A program made the position numbers and the translations under genes. Shown here one piece after another: positions 1 through 12,353 of a stretch of DNA of 64,000 bases. The notes under the pieces were generated by a model. It saw only the letters and a list, made by a program, of their open reading frames with translations. It made no database searches and was not told the DNA's origin. Origin of the DNA: Eledone cirrhosa (lineage: Eukaryota); the NCBI GenBank assembly GCA_964016885.1, contig OZ024747.1:61566001-61630000 (forward strand), in the 5' to 3' direction. Every line of letters starts with the position of its first letter. Position 1 is the first letter of the stretch.

Positions 1-151
1 TAAAATGAAAAGTGGTTACAAGTTATTCCACCTGTCTGTTAATGACAGGTGGTAACATCTATGATTATCACTCATAATCATAGTATGTATCAAGGTTTTA
101 TCATTATCATCATAATTTAACATTTGTTTTTCCATGCTCATATGGGTTGAC

Positions 152-445
152 GTGTGGCTTTGTTGTTAAGGTATTCGGCTCACAACCATAAGGTCGTGAG
201 TTCGATTCCCGGCAGTGACACTTTATTTCACATTGCTTCATTTCACTCAGCTGGAAAAAAATGAGTTGTGCCTGTAATTCGAAGGGCAAGCCTTATCACA
301 TTGTGTCATACTGAATCTCCCTGAGAACTATATTAAGGGTATGCGGGTCTGTGGAATACTCAGCCACTTGCATGTTAATTTCATCAGAAGGCTGTTCCGT
401 TGATTGGATCAATTGGAACACTCATCATCCGATGGAGTGCCTTCA
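152..445 (+). mobile_element. tRNA-derived SINE (family 1), diverged
   Basis: A-box-like TGGCTTTGTTGTT and B-box-like GAGTTCGATTCCC, followed by the cactttatttcacattgct core shared with other SINEs here; the 3' part recurs inverted at about 26230-26405. Confidence 0.65.
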
Positions 446-571
446 ATAAAGTGGATGGACGAATCATCACATACCAAATCAGTAGTCTGGAGTTATTGTA
501 TTGTCATCAACAGGCGCAGGGACGACATCTCATATCCGGTTTTAGCATAGATGCCCTTCCTATCACCAAAT

Positions 572-1582
572 ACTACCTTGTATATTATATATAAACAGTA
601 ACATCACAACTACCTTGTATATTATATATAAACAGTAACATCACAACTACCTTGTATATTATATATAAACAGTAACATCACAACTACCTTGTATATTATA
701 TATAAACAGTAACATCACAACTACCTTGTATATTATATATAAACAGTAACATCACAACTACCTTGTATATTATATATAAACAGTAACATCACAATTACCT
801 TGTATATTATATGTAAACAGTAACATCACAACTACCTTGTATATTATATATAAACAGTAACATCACAACTACCTTGTATATTATATATAAACAGTAATAT
901 CACAACTACCTTGTATATTATATATAAACAGTAACATCACAACTACCTTGTATATTATATATAAACAGTAACATCACAACTACCTTGTATATTATATATA
1001 AACAGTAACATCACAACTACCTTGTATATTATATATAAACAGTAACATCACAATTACCTTGTATATTATATGTAAACAGTAACATCACAACTACCTTGTA
1101 TATTATATATAAACAGTAACATCACAACTACCTTGTATATTATATATAAACAGTAACATCACAACTACCTTGTATATTATATATAAACAGTAACATCACA
1201 ACTACCTTGTATATTATATATAAACAGTAACATCACAACTACCTTGTATATTATATATAAACAGTAACATCACAACTACCTTGTATATTATGTATAAACA
1301 GTAACATCACAATTACCTTGTATATTATATGTAAACAGTAACATCACAACTACCTTGTATATTATGTATAAACAGTAACATCACAATTACCTTGTATATT
1401 ATATGTAAACAGTAACATCACAACTACCTTGTATATTATATATAAACAGTAACATCACAACTACCTTGTATATTATATATAAACAGTAACATCACAACTA
1501 GCTTATAAACAGTAACATCACAACTACCTTGTATATTATATATAAACAGTAATATCACAACTACCTTGTATATTATATATAA
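572..1582. repeat. 37-bp minisatellite, about 27 near-identical copies
   Basis: Unit ACTACCTTGTATATTATATATAAACAGTAACATCACA; taccttg recurs at 574, 611, 648 and onward. Confidence 0.95.
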
Positions 1583-2094
1583 ATTGTGGCATCACATTTC
1601 ACCTCCTAATCAACAACAATGAATAAACAGTAACAAGGAATGAAGAATGGGTGGGTGGATGTGTGTGTGGGAGGAGGTGGGGGTGGGAAGGTGTGTATGG
1701 AGGGGGGGGGGGGGGTGTAGAAAGGAGGATGGGAATGTGAAGAGGTGGAAGGGAAGGGAGTGGAGAGGTGGGGTAGAGATGTGGAATGGAATGAAGAAGG
1801 GATATAGGGAGGTGAGGTGTGGAGAGGTGGTGTGCAGGGTGGCATGGAGAGAATAGGATTATCAAACGGTATAGACGTGTGGGGGGGGGAGTAGTTGGGT
1901 GAGGTAGGAGAGGTGGGAGAAATAGCAAAAGTAGAAGAGAAGTGGAAAAAAAAATCAGTGAGAGGGGGGGGGGGGGGAGTAATGTGGTAGTGAAATAAAT
2001 GGTGGGGGCTGGTGCTGGGTAAAATAAGTACATAAGTAACAGTAAACATTTCTTCCTGCCTTCCCCCATCCCTACCCTCTAATAATGCTTTAAA

Positions 2095-2670
2095 TCTCTC
2101 ACCCACCCCACCAGCCCTCTAACATTGCTGACAGGTTCCCACCTTCACCCAGCCCTCTCTAATATTACTTACAATCTCCCACTTTCACCCAGTCCATCCC
2201 TGCCCTCTAACAATACTTACAATCTCCCACCCACCCCACTCAACCCCTCTAACATTACTTACAAACTCCCACCATCACCCACCACCCTTCTCTAACAATA
2301 TACTCTCCCACCTTCATCCACCCCTCTCTAACATTACTTACCAACTCCCACCTTCACCCACCCCTCTCTAACAATATACTCTCCCACCGTCACCCACCCC
2401 TCTCTAACATTACTTACAAACTCCCACCATCACCTCCCCCTCTCTAACATCATACTCTCCCACCTTCACCCACCCCTCTCTAACATCATACTCTCCCACC
2501 TTCACCCACCCTTCTCCAACATTCTTACAAACTCCCACCATCACCCACCCCTCTCTAACATCATACTCTCCCACCTTCACCCACCCCTCTCCAACATTAC
2601 TTACAAACTCCCACCATCACCTACCCCTCTCTAACATTGCCTCATACTCTCCCACCTTCACCCATCCCTT
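2095..2670. repeat. C-rich degenerate minisatellite (about 36-40 bp unit)
   Basis: Repeated ctcccacc(t/a)tcacccacccctctctaaca; preceded by a G/purine-rich low-complexity tract at 1640-2000. Confidence 0.85.
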
Positions 2671-2887
2671 CTTCATTGTCAGCAGACATTTCCTTAATCA
2701 CCTGTTGCAAACACATTCATAATAGTTCTAATAGAAAGAGAATTACTGAAATTATCACAGATTGATGTATTTCGCACTAAAAGGTTTTGGCATTTTTTAA
2801 CAGGAAGATGGCATCAGACAATATTAACAGTGATAATAACTTAGGAACAAGATTTAGCTATTTTTAAAAATTCTTAACAATAGAACA

Positions 2888-2920
<33 letters not shown>

Positions 2921-2973
2921 ACATATATATATATATACATATATGTGTATATATATATATGTGTATGTATGTA

Positions 2974-3006
<33 letters not shown>

Positions 3007-3322
3007 GTACGTGTATATATATACGTGTATATATATACATATATGTGTATATATATACATACATATATGTGTATATATATATATATATTTTTTTTTTTTA
3101 ACTTATTTATATATTTATATAGTTTTTGCCTAATTTAAAAATCATTGGCTTTCTCTGTGTTCCCTCCAGTCTTGTGGCAAAGCAGTCAAAAGGAGGGGGG
3201 GGGGGTGATTTAAGTTGTGTCGAGTGAAATAAACTGATTTAGAATAATAAAAATCACATTCACAATATTTTTTACTTTATCTTTGCCAAAAAAATAAATA
3301 AAGAAAGAAAGAAGAAAGAAAG

Positions 3323-3353
<31 letters not shown>

Positions 3354-3924
3354 GGTTTAAGGGGAAATTCCGTCATTATTTTTTTCTGTTCTTATTTTTG
3401 ACAAGTTTTTTATATTTTTCTTTTTTTTTATGTGGATGGGGTGGGGGTGTATTCATTCTTCTTATTCTTCTTATATAATGGAAATGCATTCCTAGATGGT
3501 AAAATTGGTAAATTTGAAAATTAGCATACAGATTGATATTCTCATACAACACACATTGATATAAGGCAAATTGTATTATATGTGTGAGTGTATAAACATA
3601 TACACTGTATAAAAATATACACACACAAAGAATTAGTGAAACAACCAGGTTTTTGTTTAAAAAAAGTAAAAGTAAAAATTGTACATCACGTACTTACCTA
3701 CACAAAAAACACAGGTATACATTTATAATCACTACATAAATATATATGTATATATATGTGTGGGTATATGTATATACATACGTATATATATATATATATA
3801 ATGTGTGTGTATATGTATATAATGTGTGTGTATATGTATATACATACGTATGTACATACGTGTATATATATATGTGTGTATATACATATATATGTATATA
3901 TGTATGTATGTATATATATATATA

Positions 3925-3954
<30 letters not shown>

Positions 3955-3955
<1 letters not shown>

Positions 3956-5205
3956 CATCATCATCATCATCGTTTAACGTCCATGTTCCACGCTTACATG
4001 GGTTTGGACGGAGGGTTTTCCCACTTGAGGCAAGAGTGGTTATCTTGCTCGCATAGGACTGTCTGGCGGGTTTTCTACAGCTGGATGCCCTTCCTAACAC
4101 CAACCACATTTACAGTGTGGGGCTGGGAGGTTTTTACCGGCCACATTACAGCGTGAACTGTGTGTTTTTTTTACGTGACACCTACACGATCTCATTTGTT
4201 TCGGCCTGGATGTTGTGGCACCAACATAACTTTACATTGAAAGGGGGGGGGGGTATTTTGTTAGAGATGCCTACTGACTGTAGTAGGTTTTACTTTCTAT
4301 TTAGGTAAGGCGGGTCTTCTCTATTACTGAGTACCGCCAAAGGTCTCGGTCCAGTGACATTGTCTTGGTGAGGTGTAAGTGTGTGAGGTCGGAATTTATC
4401 AGCTCGTCCCAGGTTTTTCTGGGTCTGCCTATTCCGTGGCTACCGTCTATTTTTATTGCCCTGCACTTTGTTATACAGCTATCGTCCTTCATGCGCATCA
4501 CGTGACCATACCAACGTAGCCTTCTCTCGAGTAAACAACATCTGATCCCTCTTATTTCTAATTTTTTCCTTAGTTCGTTTATGCTTTGCCGTTCACGTAT
4601 ATTACTATTACACATCCAGCGGAGCATGCAAGCTTCGTTTCTCTCTAGTCTGCGTATATCCTCTTCACACAATGCCCAGGTCTCACTGCCATGCAACATT
4701 GCTGTTCGTATGCAGGCATCGTACAACCTGCCTTTCATTTTTAGGGAGAACCCTTTAGCGGCTAATAGTGGTATGAGCTCTCTGAACTTTTTCCACCCAG
4801 TTCTGACTCTAGCTACTGTACTTTCAGACCACCCTCCCCCACTGCTGATTTTGTCACCCAGGTAACGGAAGCTGTCCACTATTTCTATACAACCCTCTGC
4901 GCAGTTGAAAGAGCTAGTATTTTTTGGGCACTTGCTGCTACTTATTGCCCCAGAACACTGGCCACATGTAAAATCTATGTTCTTAGTTAGCTTACCTGTG
5001 ATCCCACTACATCTTTTATGCACCCAAACTTTGCATTTGGGACACAAAATGGAGTTTCTACCTACGCCTTTCCTACACTCTGAGCATGGCCACTTCCCGG
5101 AGGGGACCGCCGCCTTATTTTTCTTACAAACTAGAACTTTAGTCTTAGCCAGGTTAATTTTAAGGCCTTTTGATTCTAGGCCGTGCTTCCATGTTTGGAA
5201 TTTCT
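3955..5205 (-). mobile_element. 5'-truncated RTE-clade LINE (RT C-terminus, PHD-like Zn finger, long 3' UTR, (GAT)n tail)
   Basis: ORF 4301-5242 has [38 protein letters not shown] and GRPRKTW; the 3' end reads GGACGTTAAACGATGATGATG. Confidence 0.9.
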
Positions 5206-5249
5206 TACATACATATATATATATATATATACATACATACATATATGGT

Positions 5250-5855
5250 GGCTGCCAACTCGTTTTCGAGTACGGCCACTACTTTATATCCATGTAGGAG
5301 AACCCCTACTGATGCGCTAAACGAGTGTGACTTTTCAGTCCAGCCAGCGACTTGAAAACTCGGGTACAAACACTACACTTGTGACAATTATTGACACATA
5401 GTGCTGGGCCCATGGTACCATGTCACGACAAGTGCAGAGAGATCTCCAGATACAAAGCAATGCCTGTGCCGTGAAGCTTTTATAGTGAGCAAAGGCACTA
5501 CACAAAGCCAGTCCCACTCTCTTAAACAAGATGATATTTACCAAAAAGAAGAACAAGTCAACATCATTGGATACCATCAGAGTTGCAGGTGTTATATCAG
5601 AGTTTTCCTTCTCCTAGAATTCTGCCTTGACAAAGGCTAAGGGGTCATCTCTCCCGGTGATTTTGGATGGCCATTGACTCTGAAGAGCTCCTTTGCCCTT
5701 TTGACAGGTTTTGTTTTTAGTCCTGCAGGATGTCCAAAGTCACCCTCCTCACCAAGCAACTTTGGTGGGGTTGCCAGTTTAGTCGCCAACGACCCGACCA
5801 TGAGACAGGTTGTACTGGGATACATGTTACCAGTAGCACCAACTGGTGACCTGAC
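5250..5855 (-). mobile_element. probable RTE 5' UTR fragment
   Basis: GC-richer unique block between TA arrays, upstream of and co-oriented with the RTE ORF; contains CTAGGAGAAGGAAAACTCTGA, which I recall from RTE 5' UTRs (not verified). Confidence 0.4.
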
Positions 5856-5973
5856 ATATATATATATATATACATACATATATATATATATATACATACA
5901 TATATATATATATATATATACATACATATATATATATATATATATACATACATATATATATATATATATATAC

Positions 5974-6006
<33 letters not shown>

Positions 6007-6048
6007 CAATATTAAATAAATGGAAAACTATATTTATAAAACCATATT

Positions 6049-6114
6049 TATTTCATTATATATATTTCGGGGATATCATATTAACAATATGCTATGCCTT
6101 CATCAGACAAAATA
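6049..6114 (-). ncRNA. type I hammerhead ribozyme motif (family A)
   Basis: Mirror copy of 7250-7315. Confidence 0.75.
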
Positions 6115-7249
6115 CAATATAAACAGTTTTATAGATAAATAGATTCGACATACCGTAATAACACCGACTTCATTTGAAGAGGTTTACGCTGGCAGTGAAA
6201 AAATTTTATACAGAGAGAAAGAAAGAGAGAAAAAAGAAAGAAAGACAAAACGAAGAAAAGGAAGAAAAAGAAAAAGAAGAAATGCATGGAACAAAATAGA
6301 GAGATGGAAAGATAGATAAAGCGAAGAACTTCATGTAAAGAAACAGAAAGAGACATATATATATATAGAGAGAGGAAATAGAGATAGATTTTTTTTTTTT
6401 TAGTTTTCTATTCTATATTTTTACTTATTATTATTATTGTTATCTTTTTATTTTTAGTTTTGTTTATAATATATATTTTTATTAGTATATTGAAATCTGC
6501 TCTCTATTTCTGCTTGATAGATAATCTTGTAGAGTAATGACAGGAATAATAATACGCTCAAATTTTTATACCACATTGAGAATGTTTTCCGTGAACTTAG
6601 AGTTTGCAGAGTGAATCAGTTGGATTCGCATGGATGTTTGTAGCTGTCACATAAACATATGAATTTTTTAAAACTAAACATAAGATAATTAATTTTCACA
6701 CATTATGGATACTTATCTCATTCAGGAATACTGATATTTACAATATAGTGTAAGTTTTATAAATACTAATACATTAAAACATAGGGTTTTTTGCGCCTCG
6801 AATATGTCTGGCTATTTTTAAATTTTTTTCTCTCGCTATTATTTCCTCTCTCTATATATCTCCCTTACATTAATACCTGAGCTAAATAAATAAATAAATG
6901 TATCATTGATACATTTACTCAAAATGACCTCCCACTACCTAATTTTCTATATATATATGTATCTATCTCTATTGCCTCTCTCTATATATATATATGTCTC
7001 TTTCTGTTTCTTTACATGAAGTTCTTCGCTTTATCTATCTTTCCATCTCACTATTTTGTTCCATGCATTTCTTCTTTTTCTTTTTCTTCTTTGTCTTCCT
7101 TTTCTTCGTTTTGTCTTTCTTTCTTTTTTCTCTCTTTTTTTCTCTCGGTATAAAAAAAATTTTTTTCACTGCCAGCGTAAACCTCTTCAAATGAAGTCGG
7201 TGTTATTACGGTATGTCGAATCTATTTATCTATAAAACTGTTTATATTG

Positions 7250-7315
7250 TATTTTGTCTGATGAAGGCATAGCATATTGTTAATATGATATCCCCGAAAT
7301 ATATATAATGAAATA
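7250..7315 (+). ncRNA. type I hammerhead ribozyme motif (family A)
   Basis: TATTTTGT-CTGATGA-[stem II with CATATT/AATATG]-GAAA-TATATA-TA-ATGAAATA; 8-bp stem I with two G.U pairs and a palindromic minimal stem III. Confidence 0.75.
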
Positions 7316-7597
7316 AATATGGTTTTATAAATATAGTTTTCCATTTATTTAATATTGTAAATATACTCCAAATATTTGTCGAGTGCTTTTATATCAGTTA
7401 TAAATATTTACTAGTTGTAACCCAACAATTTTAAATATAACTTTACATGTATATATATATATATATATTTATACATATATATATATATGTATGTATATAC
7501 GTATATATATATATATATGTATGTATATACGTATATATATATATATATGTATGTATATACGTACATATATATGTATGTGTATATATATATATATATA

Positions 7598-8165
7598 AGA
7601 GGAATCAAATGCTGCGTGCAGGAGAGGCGGTTACGCTGGTATGGACATGTGATGCGTATGAAGGATGACAGCTGCATAAAAAGGTGCAGAGCACTAGAAG
7701 TTGATGGAAACCGCGGAGTGGGGAGACCCAAGATGACTTGGGATGAGGTGATAAAAGCCGACCTTACCCAACTACACCTCTCAAAGTCAATGACACACGA
7801 CCGTGACTTCTGACGTCACGCAGTAATACAGGGTACCCGACCTCCCATGGGTACATGCTGAAGCATATAAACAATATGCCCCCACACCCCCCACCGCAAG
7901 GTGGTCGTGGAGGTGCCCCGGCAAAAAAGCACCCAGCCCACACTGTAAAGTGGACGTGTAGGCGCCACGAAAAAGCACCCAGCACTCACTGTAAATGAGG
8001 TTGGTGTTAGGAAGGGCATCCAGCTGTAGAAATCAAGCCAGATCAGTTCCTGTATGAGCAAGGCATGGTCAGCCGACCAGACACTGCCCACAACAGGACA
8101 ACCCGTCTAACCCATGCTAGCGTGGAAGAACGGACGTAAAACGGTGATGATGATGATGATGATGA
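7598..8165 (+). mobile_element. RTE 3' fragment with SINE-like 3' UTR and (GAT)n tail
   Basis: [22 protein letters not shown]...[11 protein letters not shown], then gttggtgttaggaagggcatccagc and GGACGTAAAACGGTGATGATG. Confidence 0.85.
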
Positions 8166-8906
8166 TATATATCTGTGTGTGTAGGTAAATAAGGAAATAT
8201 GTACATACACACATTTTTGCAGAAGTCTTGTACTTAAAAATATTCATACATTAACTAAATAGTGTAAGAGTGTGCCCGAGTATGTACAAGTGTGTGGGTT
8301 TGTGTTTGTCTATATATGTGTGTGTTGATGTATGTATGTGTGTGTGTGTTTGCCAGGTAAATGTTTAAGTTATTATTCAACTTTATTCCCATGGTCCAGT
8401 AAATCCATAAACCTGTTCCGTTGTATCCAGATGAGGGACAATTCCATTCTCCTTAGTCTACCTAATTCTACAATATGTCACAGACTTTCTGGTAGAATTA
8501 ATATATAATATGTTACTGTTAAGATTTATCTCCTTCCTTTCCTGTTTAATAGCATCACATGAACAAATCAACAATGCCACCAAATAACTCTTCTACTTTC
8601 CTATTAACTACAGACCGTGATCAATATTATTCTTAACCCTTTTAGTGCCATGAAGCCAATATATTATCCTAGATAACAGAGCTAAAACACCTCCCAGCTA
8701 ATATCTCTATCTATGGCTTTGTTACTCTGGTAGTGTCATAGGGGTGCTGTTGTGACCCGGATTGGATTTAGACCTTGTGGAGCCCAGCAGGGACCGATGC
8801 AATACATAAATATATAAAGTGGAGGAGGCAATGAGATGAAGTTGTTTAACCCCAGGTCAGCTCTGGTCAACCAAATTTGGGTTCAAAATGACATTCGAAA
8901 TATGAC

Positions 8907-9218
8907 CAGTGCTGGATTTAGACTTTGGGGACCCAGGGCACTTCAGGTTGGGGAGCCCTTCATACACAAAAAATTAGAAAACACAGCCCCCGACCCCAAT
9001 TTTACATATCAAAGTTAGCTTGGTGCAAGTAATTGGAATTGAAAAGTTATACATACAGGCATTAAATTCAAACATTCAAACCATCCTAAAGCTAAAAAGC
9101 CCAGCTGAGGGCACAAATAAATTGCTACAGCCATCGCATCGCTGATGGGGCCCTCATATTAGGGAACCCAGGGCAATTGCCTTCTTTCCCCCCCCCCCCC
9201 CCATTAAATCCAGCCCTG
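8907..9218. mobile_element. hAT-like MITE
   Basis: TIRs CAGTGCTGGATTTA / TAAATCCAGCCCTG; inverted homologue at 47695-47996. Confidence 0.7.
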
Positions 9219-10449
9219 GTATTATCATACAATGTGTCTTTGGAATATCTAAACCTATTTGCCTTATAAGTTTAAATGTTACCAAGGTCAACTTTGCCTT
9301 TCATTCTTTCATCAATAAAGTCTGTGGACTGGTGTATTTGTTATTGGCTTAAACAAGATGCTTTGTGATCTGAGTTTAAATCCCACTTGGATGGCAGTGT
9401 TAATCCATTGCTTGGTTTAACAACATCATTAGATGTGTTTTTTTCAACAACATTGCTGTAATATTTTCAATTGTGTCCAGATCTTCGCTTTCACTATCAA
9501 AACAACAATCAATCATCGTCACATGAAAATTCAAAGATATATGCGTCTGATTCAATTGAAGATAAATTACTGATATTTTAATTTGTTTCTTCTTCATTTT
9601 AAATGTCATTACGTGTAAAACTTTCAAAGTCAGTATCGCTACTTTCACAAACTATGTTGATACACACAAAAAAAGCTGTTGTACTTCCAACGTTAAAAAA
9701 AATGTTTTTTCCAGTTTCTCTTTATTAAGTTTTGTATTTCACAGTAAAGGCTTTATCTAGCAGTAATCTCGAATCAAAGAGATTTTGATGATGTTATTGT
9801 ATGTTTTTAGAACGATGTCTTAGTATGGGAGCCTGCAGCCAGATTTGGCTGGTTTGAACAAATAAAGGGGAAATAATTTCGGCCGGATTTGCGCAGTTTG
9901 AATGCTAAAGGGTTAAGCAGAATCTTATCAGAGGTCCCCAGTTTGAATATACTTTCCTCTGTTTCTCCTATCAATTTTGGATGACCTGAAAAGTATCCCA
10001 CTCACACACAGATGTGCATGTAAAATGTTTGTTGATTCAGATCCTTAACTTAACTCTAAAGATATGAAACTTGGTCGCAACTTGGCGCGAACATTTCTGG
10101 ATTATTACAAACTAATTGGACAAATTATTGATAAACCAGGCTCAAACCTTGTCCTGCCCAAAGCAGCTTCCAACCCCAGCTTTGTTAACCGAGAGAAAGA
10201 AAAAGACAAGGAGAAACCAACCGAAAGCCACAATGAAGCTTGGCTGTTTGATGATTAGTAAGTTGAATTCAATTATTTAATGTGTTTTTAATATGCAGGT
10301 CTTGATTTTGTTTCGCAGTAAAACCTTGTGAAATCATTTTACATTCATTTCCGATGCTGGCATAATTTGACTAAGTTATTACAGTCTAACTTAGGTGTTA
10401 TTGGAATGGAATTTGGTTGTTACTTACAGCAAATCAACCAATTATGTAT

Positions 10450-10725
10450 GGCCTTCATGTCCTAATAGTTAGGATGCTTGCTGTACAATCATAATGTCAT
10501 TGGTTCGATTCCTGGGTAGGCTGCTGCATTGTGTTCTTGTGCAAAACCCTTTATTTCAGGTTGCTCCAGTACACTCAGCTGAGAGTACTAGTAGTAGCCA
10601 AGGAGTTAAACCTGTGACAGACCAGTGTCCTAATCCAGAGAGTGTCTGGTACTCTCAGTCGCTTAACATTAAGGAAACTGGAGATAAGCACCAGCCTGAT
10701 GACCCTTCATCTTAGAACAGACTTT
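10450..10725 (+). mobile_element. tRNA-derived SINE (family 2), diverged
   Basis: GGTTCGATTCCTGGG B-box; homologous to 36177-36460. Confidence 0.6.
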
Positions 10726-11644
10726 CATACCCTTAGAGAGAGGCTGTGAGATACACTCAACCAATGTATGTCAAGGAAAACGAATGTAAAAATATTTTAT
10801 TAGCCTTGGCTTCTGATGGTTGGTTCAGGCAATTTAATGAAACCCTAAACATAAAAAGACATAAGAAAACACCACAAGGTATCTTTGTTTTGTTATTTTA
10901 GCTCACAGATTATTCAGATGAAAATAAAAAGTATCAAATTTTATATTTTTGGTACCAAACCACCCAAGACTTCCTTTTATTTTATATACAACACTGTTTA
11001 TTTTAAAATGTACATATTTTGATTAAAACCATCCATCATAATTTTAAGAAAGAACTTTAAATAAACGTACTTTCTACACCAAAGTTATAACAAAGTTTTT
11101 TTTACGAAACCTTAACAAATTCTTGATTATTTTCAAAATTAACTGAAACACATAGGCAGCATATTTCCTTGGGAATATTGTTAAGTTGAAAAGGTGGAGG
11201 TTTAATAGAAGAGAAATAAGAACATGTATCATTCATTCTTTTTCCAATCTAAATGAAATAAAAATGGTTATGACTAAAACTGAACCTATGGTACACAGAC
11301 TTAACTTTAGACAATACTGTGCAAAAATAACAACAATATGAAAGGAAAATGAAGATAAAGTAATATTGATAATAACAAATAATAATACTAATGAGAACAA
11401 TCGCTGTATATATATTTTTTCCTTTTCTATTCTAAATCAATGTAGATTCAAATGAAAAGAGTTAATTGAATGGCCTAAGGGTTGGGGATTATTTTTTTTC
11501 TTAATATTTATTTCATTTTTATTTATTTATTAATTTTCTATTTTTTTTTTTTCCATAAATTTCAATTAGATTGTGTTATCTATTTATAAGTTGGAATTTA
11601 ACATGACATTTTCTTGCCATTGTCCAAATTTGAATAATAATAAT

Positions 11645-11679
<35 letters not shown>

Positions 11680-12232
11680 GAAGAAGAAGAATGATGGTGA
11701 TAAAAATAAATCAAGTAAATTTTTGTTAGCTTTTCAACTTTTTCGTTTCTCCATTTTTTTTAAAAACTTCTGATTATGAAAAGATTCAAATGAAGTTCAG
11801 TGAAAAAGAAGAAGGAAATGAATAAAGACATAGAAATGTCTTATTTAATATATAATATAAAATATATCTAAATAATATCATTTTTATTTCTCAGTTCTAT
11901 TATCAAGATTTGAAGGTCAAATAGAAGTTTAAAAAATATAACAATCATAAGATTTTCTTCAACCCAGTATACAATAAATAATAATAAAAAAACAAGGATT
12001 ATCATATGTATATATATATATTCATCACCATTTAATATTTATTTTTAATATATATATATGAATATATAAATACATATATGAATATATATATGAATATATA
12101 CATACATACATATATAAAAATATATATACACATATATATACATAAATAAATGAATATATAAACATATATATATATACATATATAAATGAATAAATATACA
12201 TATATAAATGAATATATATACATATATAAATG

Positions 12233-12263
<31 letters not shown>

Positions 12264-12315
12264 TTATTATGCTCACACCATTACAGAAACATATAGATAT
12301 GGGTATACATACTTT

Positions 12316-12353
<38 letters not shown>

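Larger units (their letters stand above)
6005..7449. mobile_element. Penelope-like remnant with inverted pseudo-LTR arms (HHR family A)
   Basis: Arms 6005-6389 and 6961-7359 are near-perfect reverse complements; the right arm extends about 90 bp further into (TA)n; each arm carries a hammerhead. Confidence 0.8.

Noticed and set aside
572-1582. CRISPR-like regular 37-bp repeat
   Set aside because: Head-to-tail units with no unique spacers, no cas genes, and a eukaryotic context.
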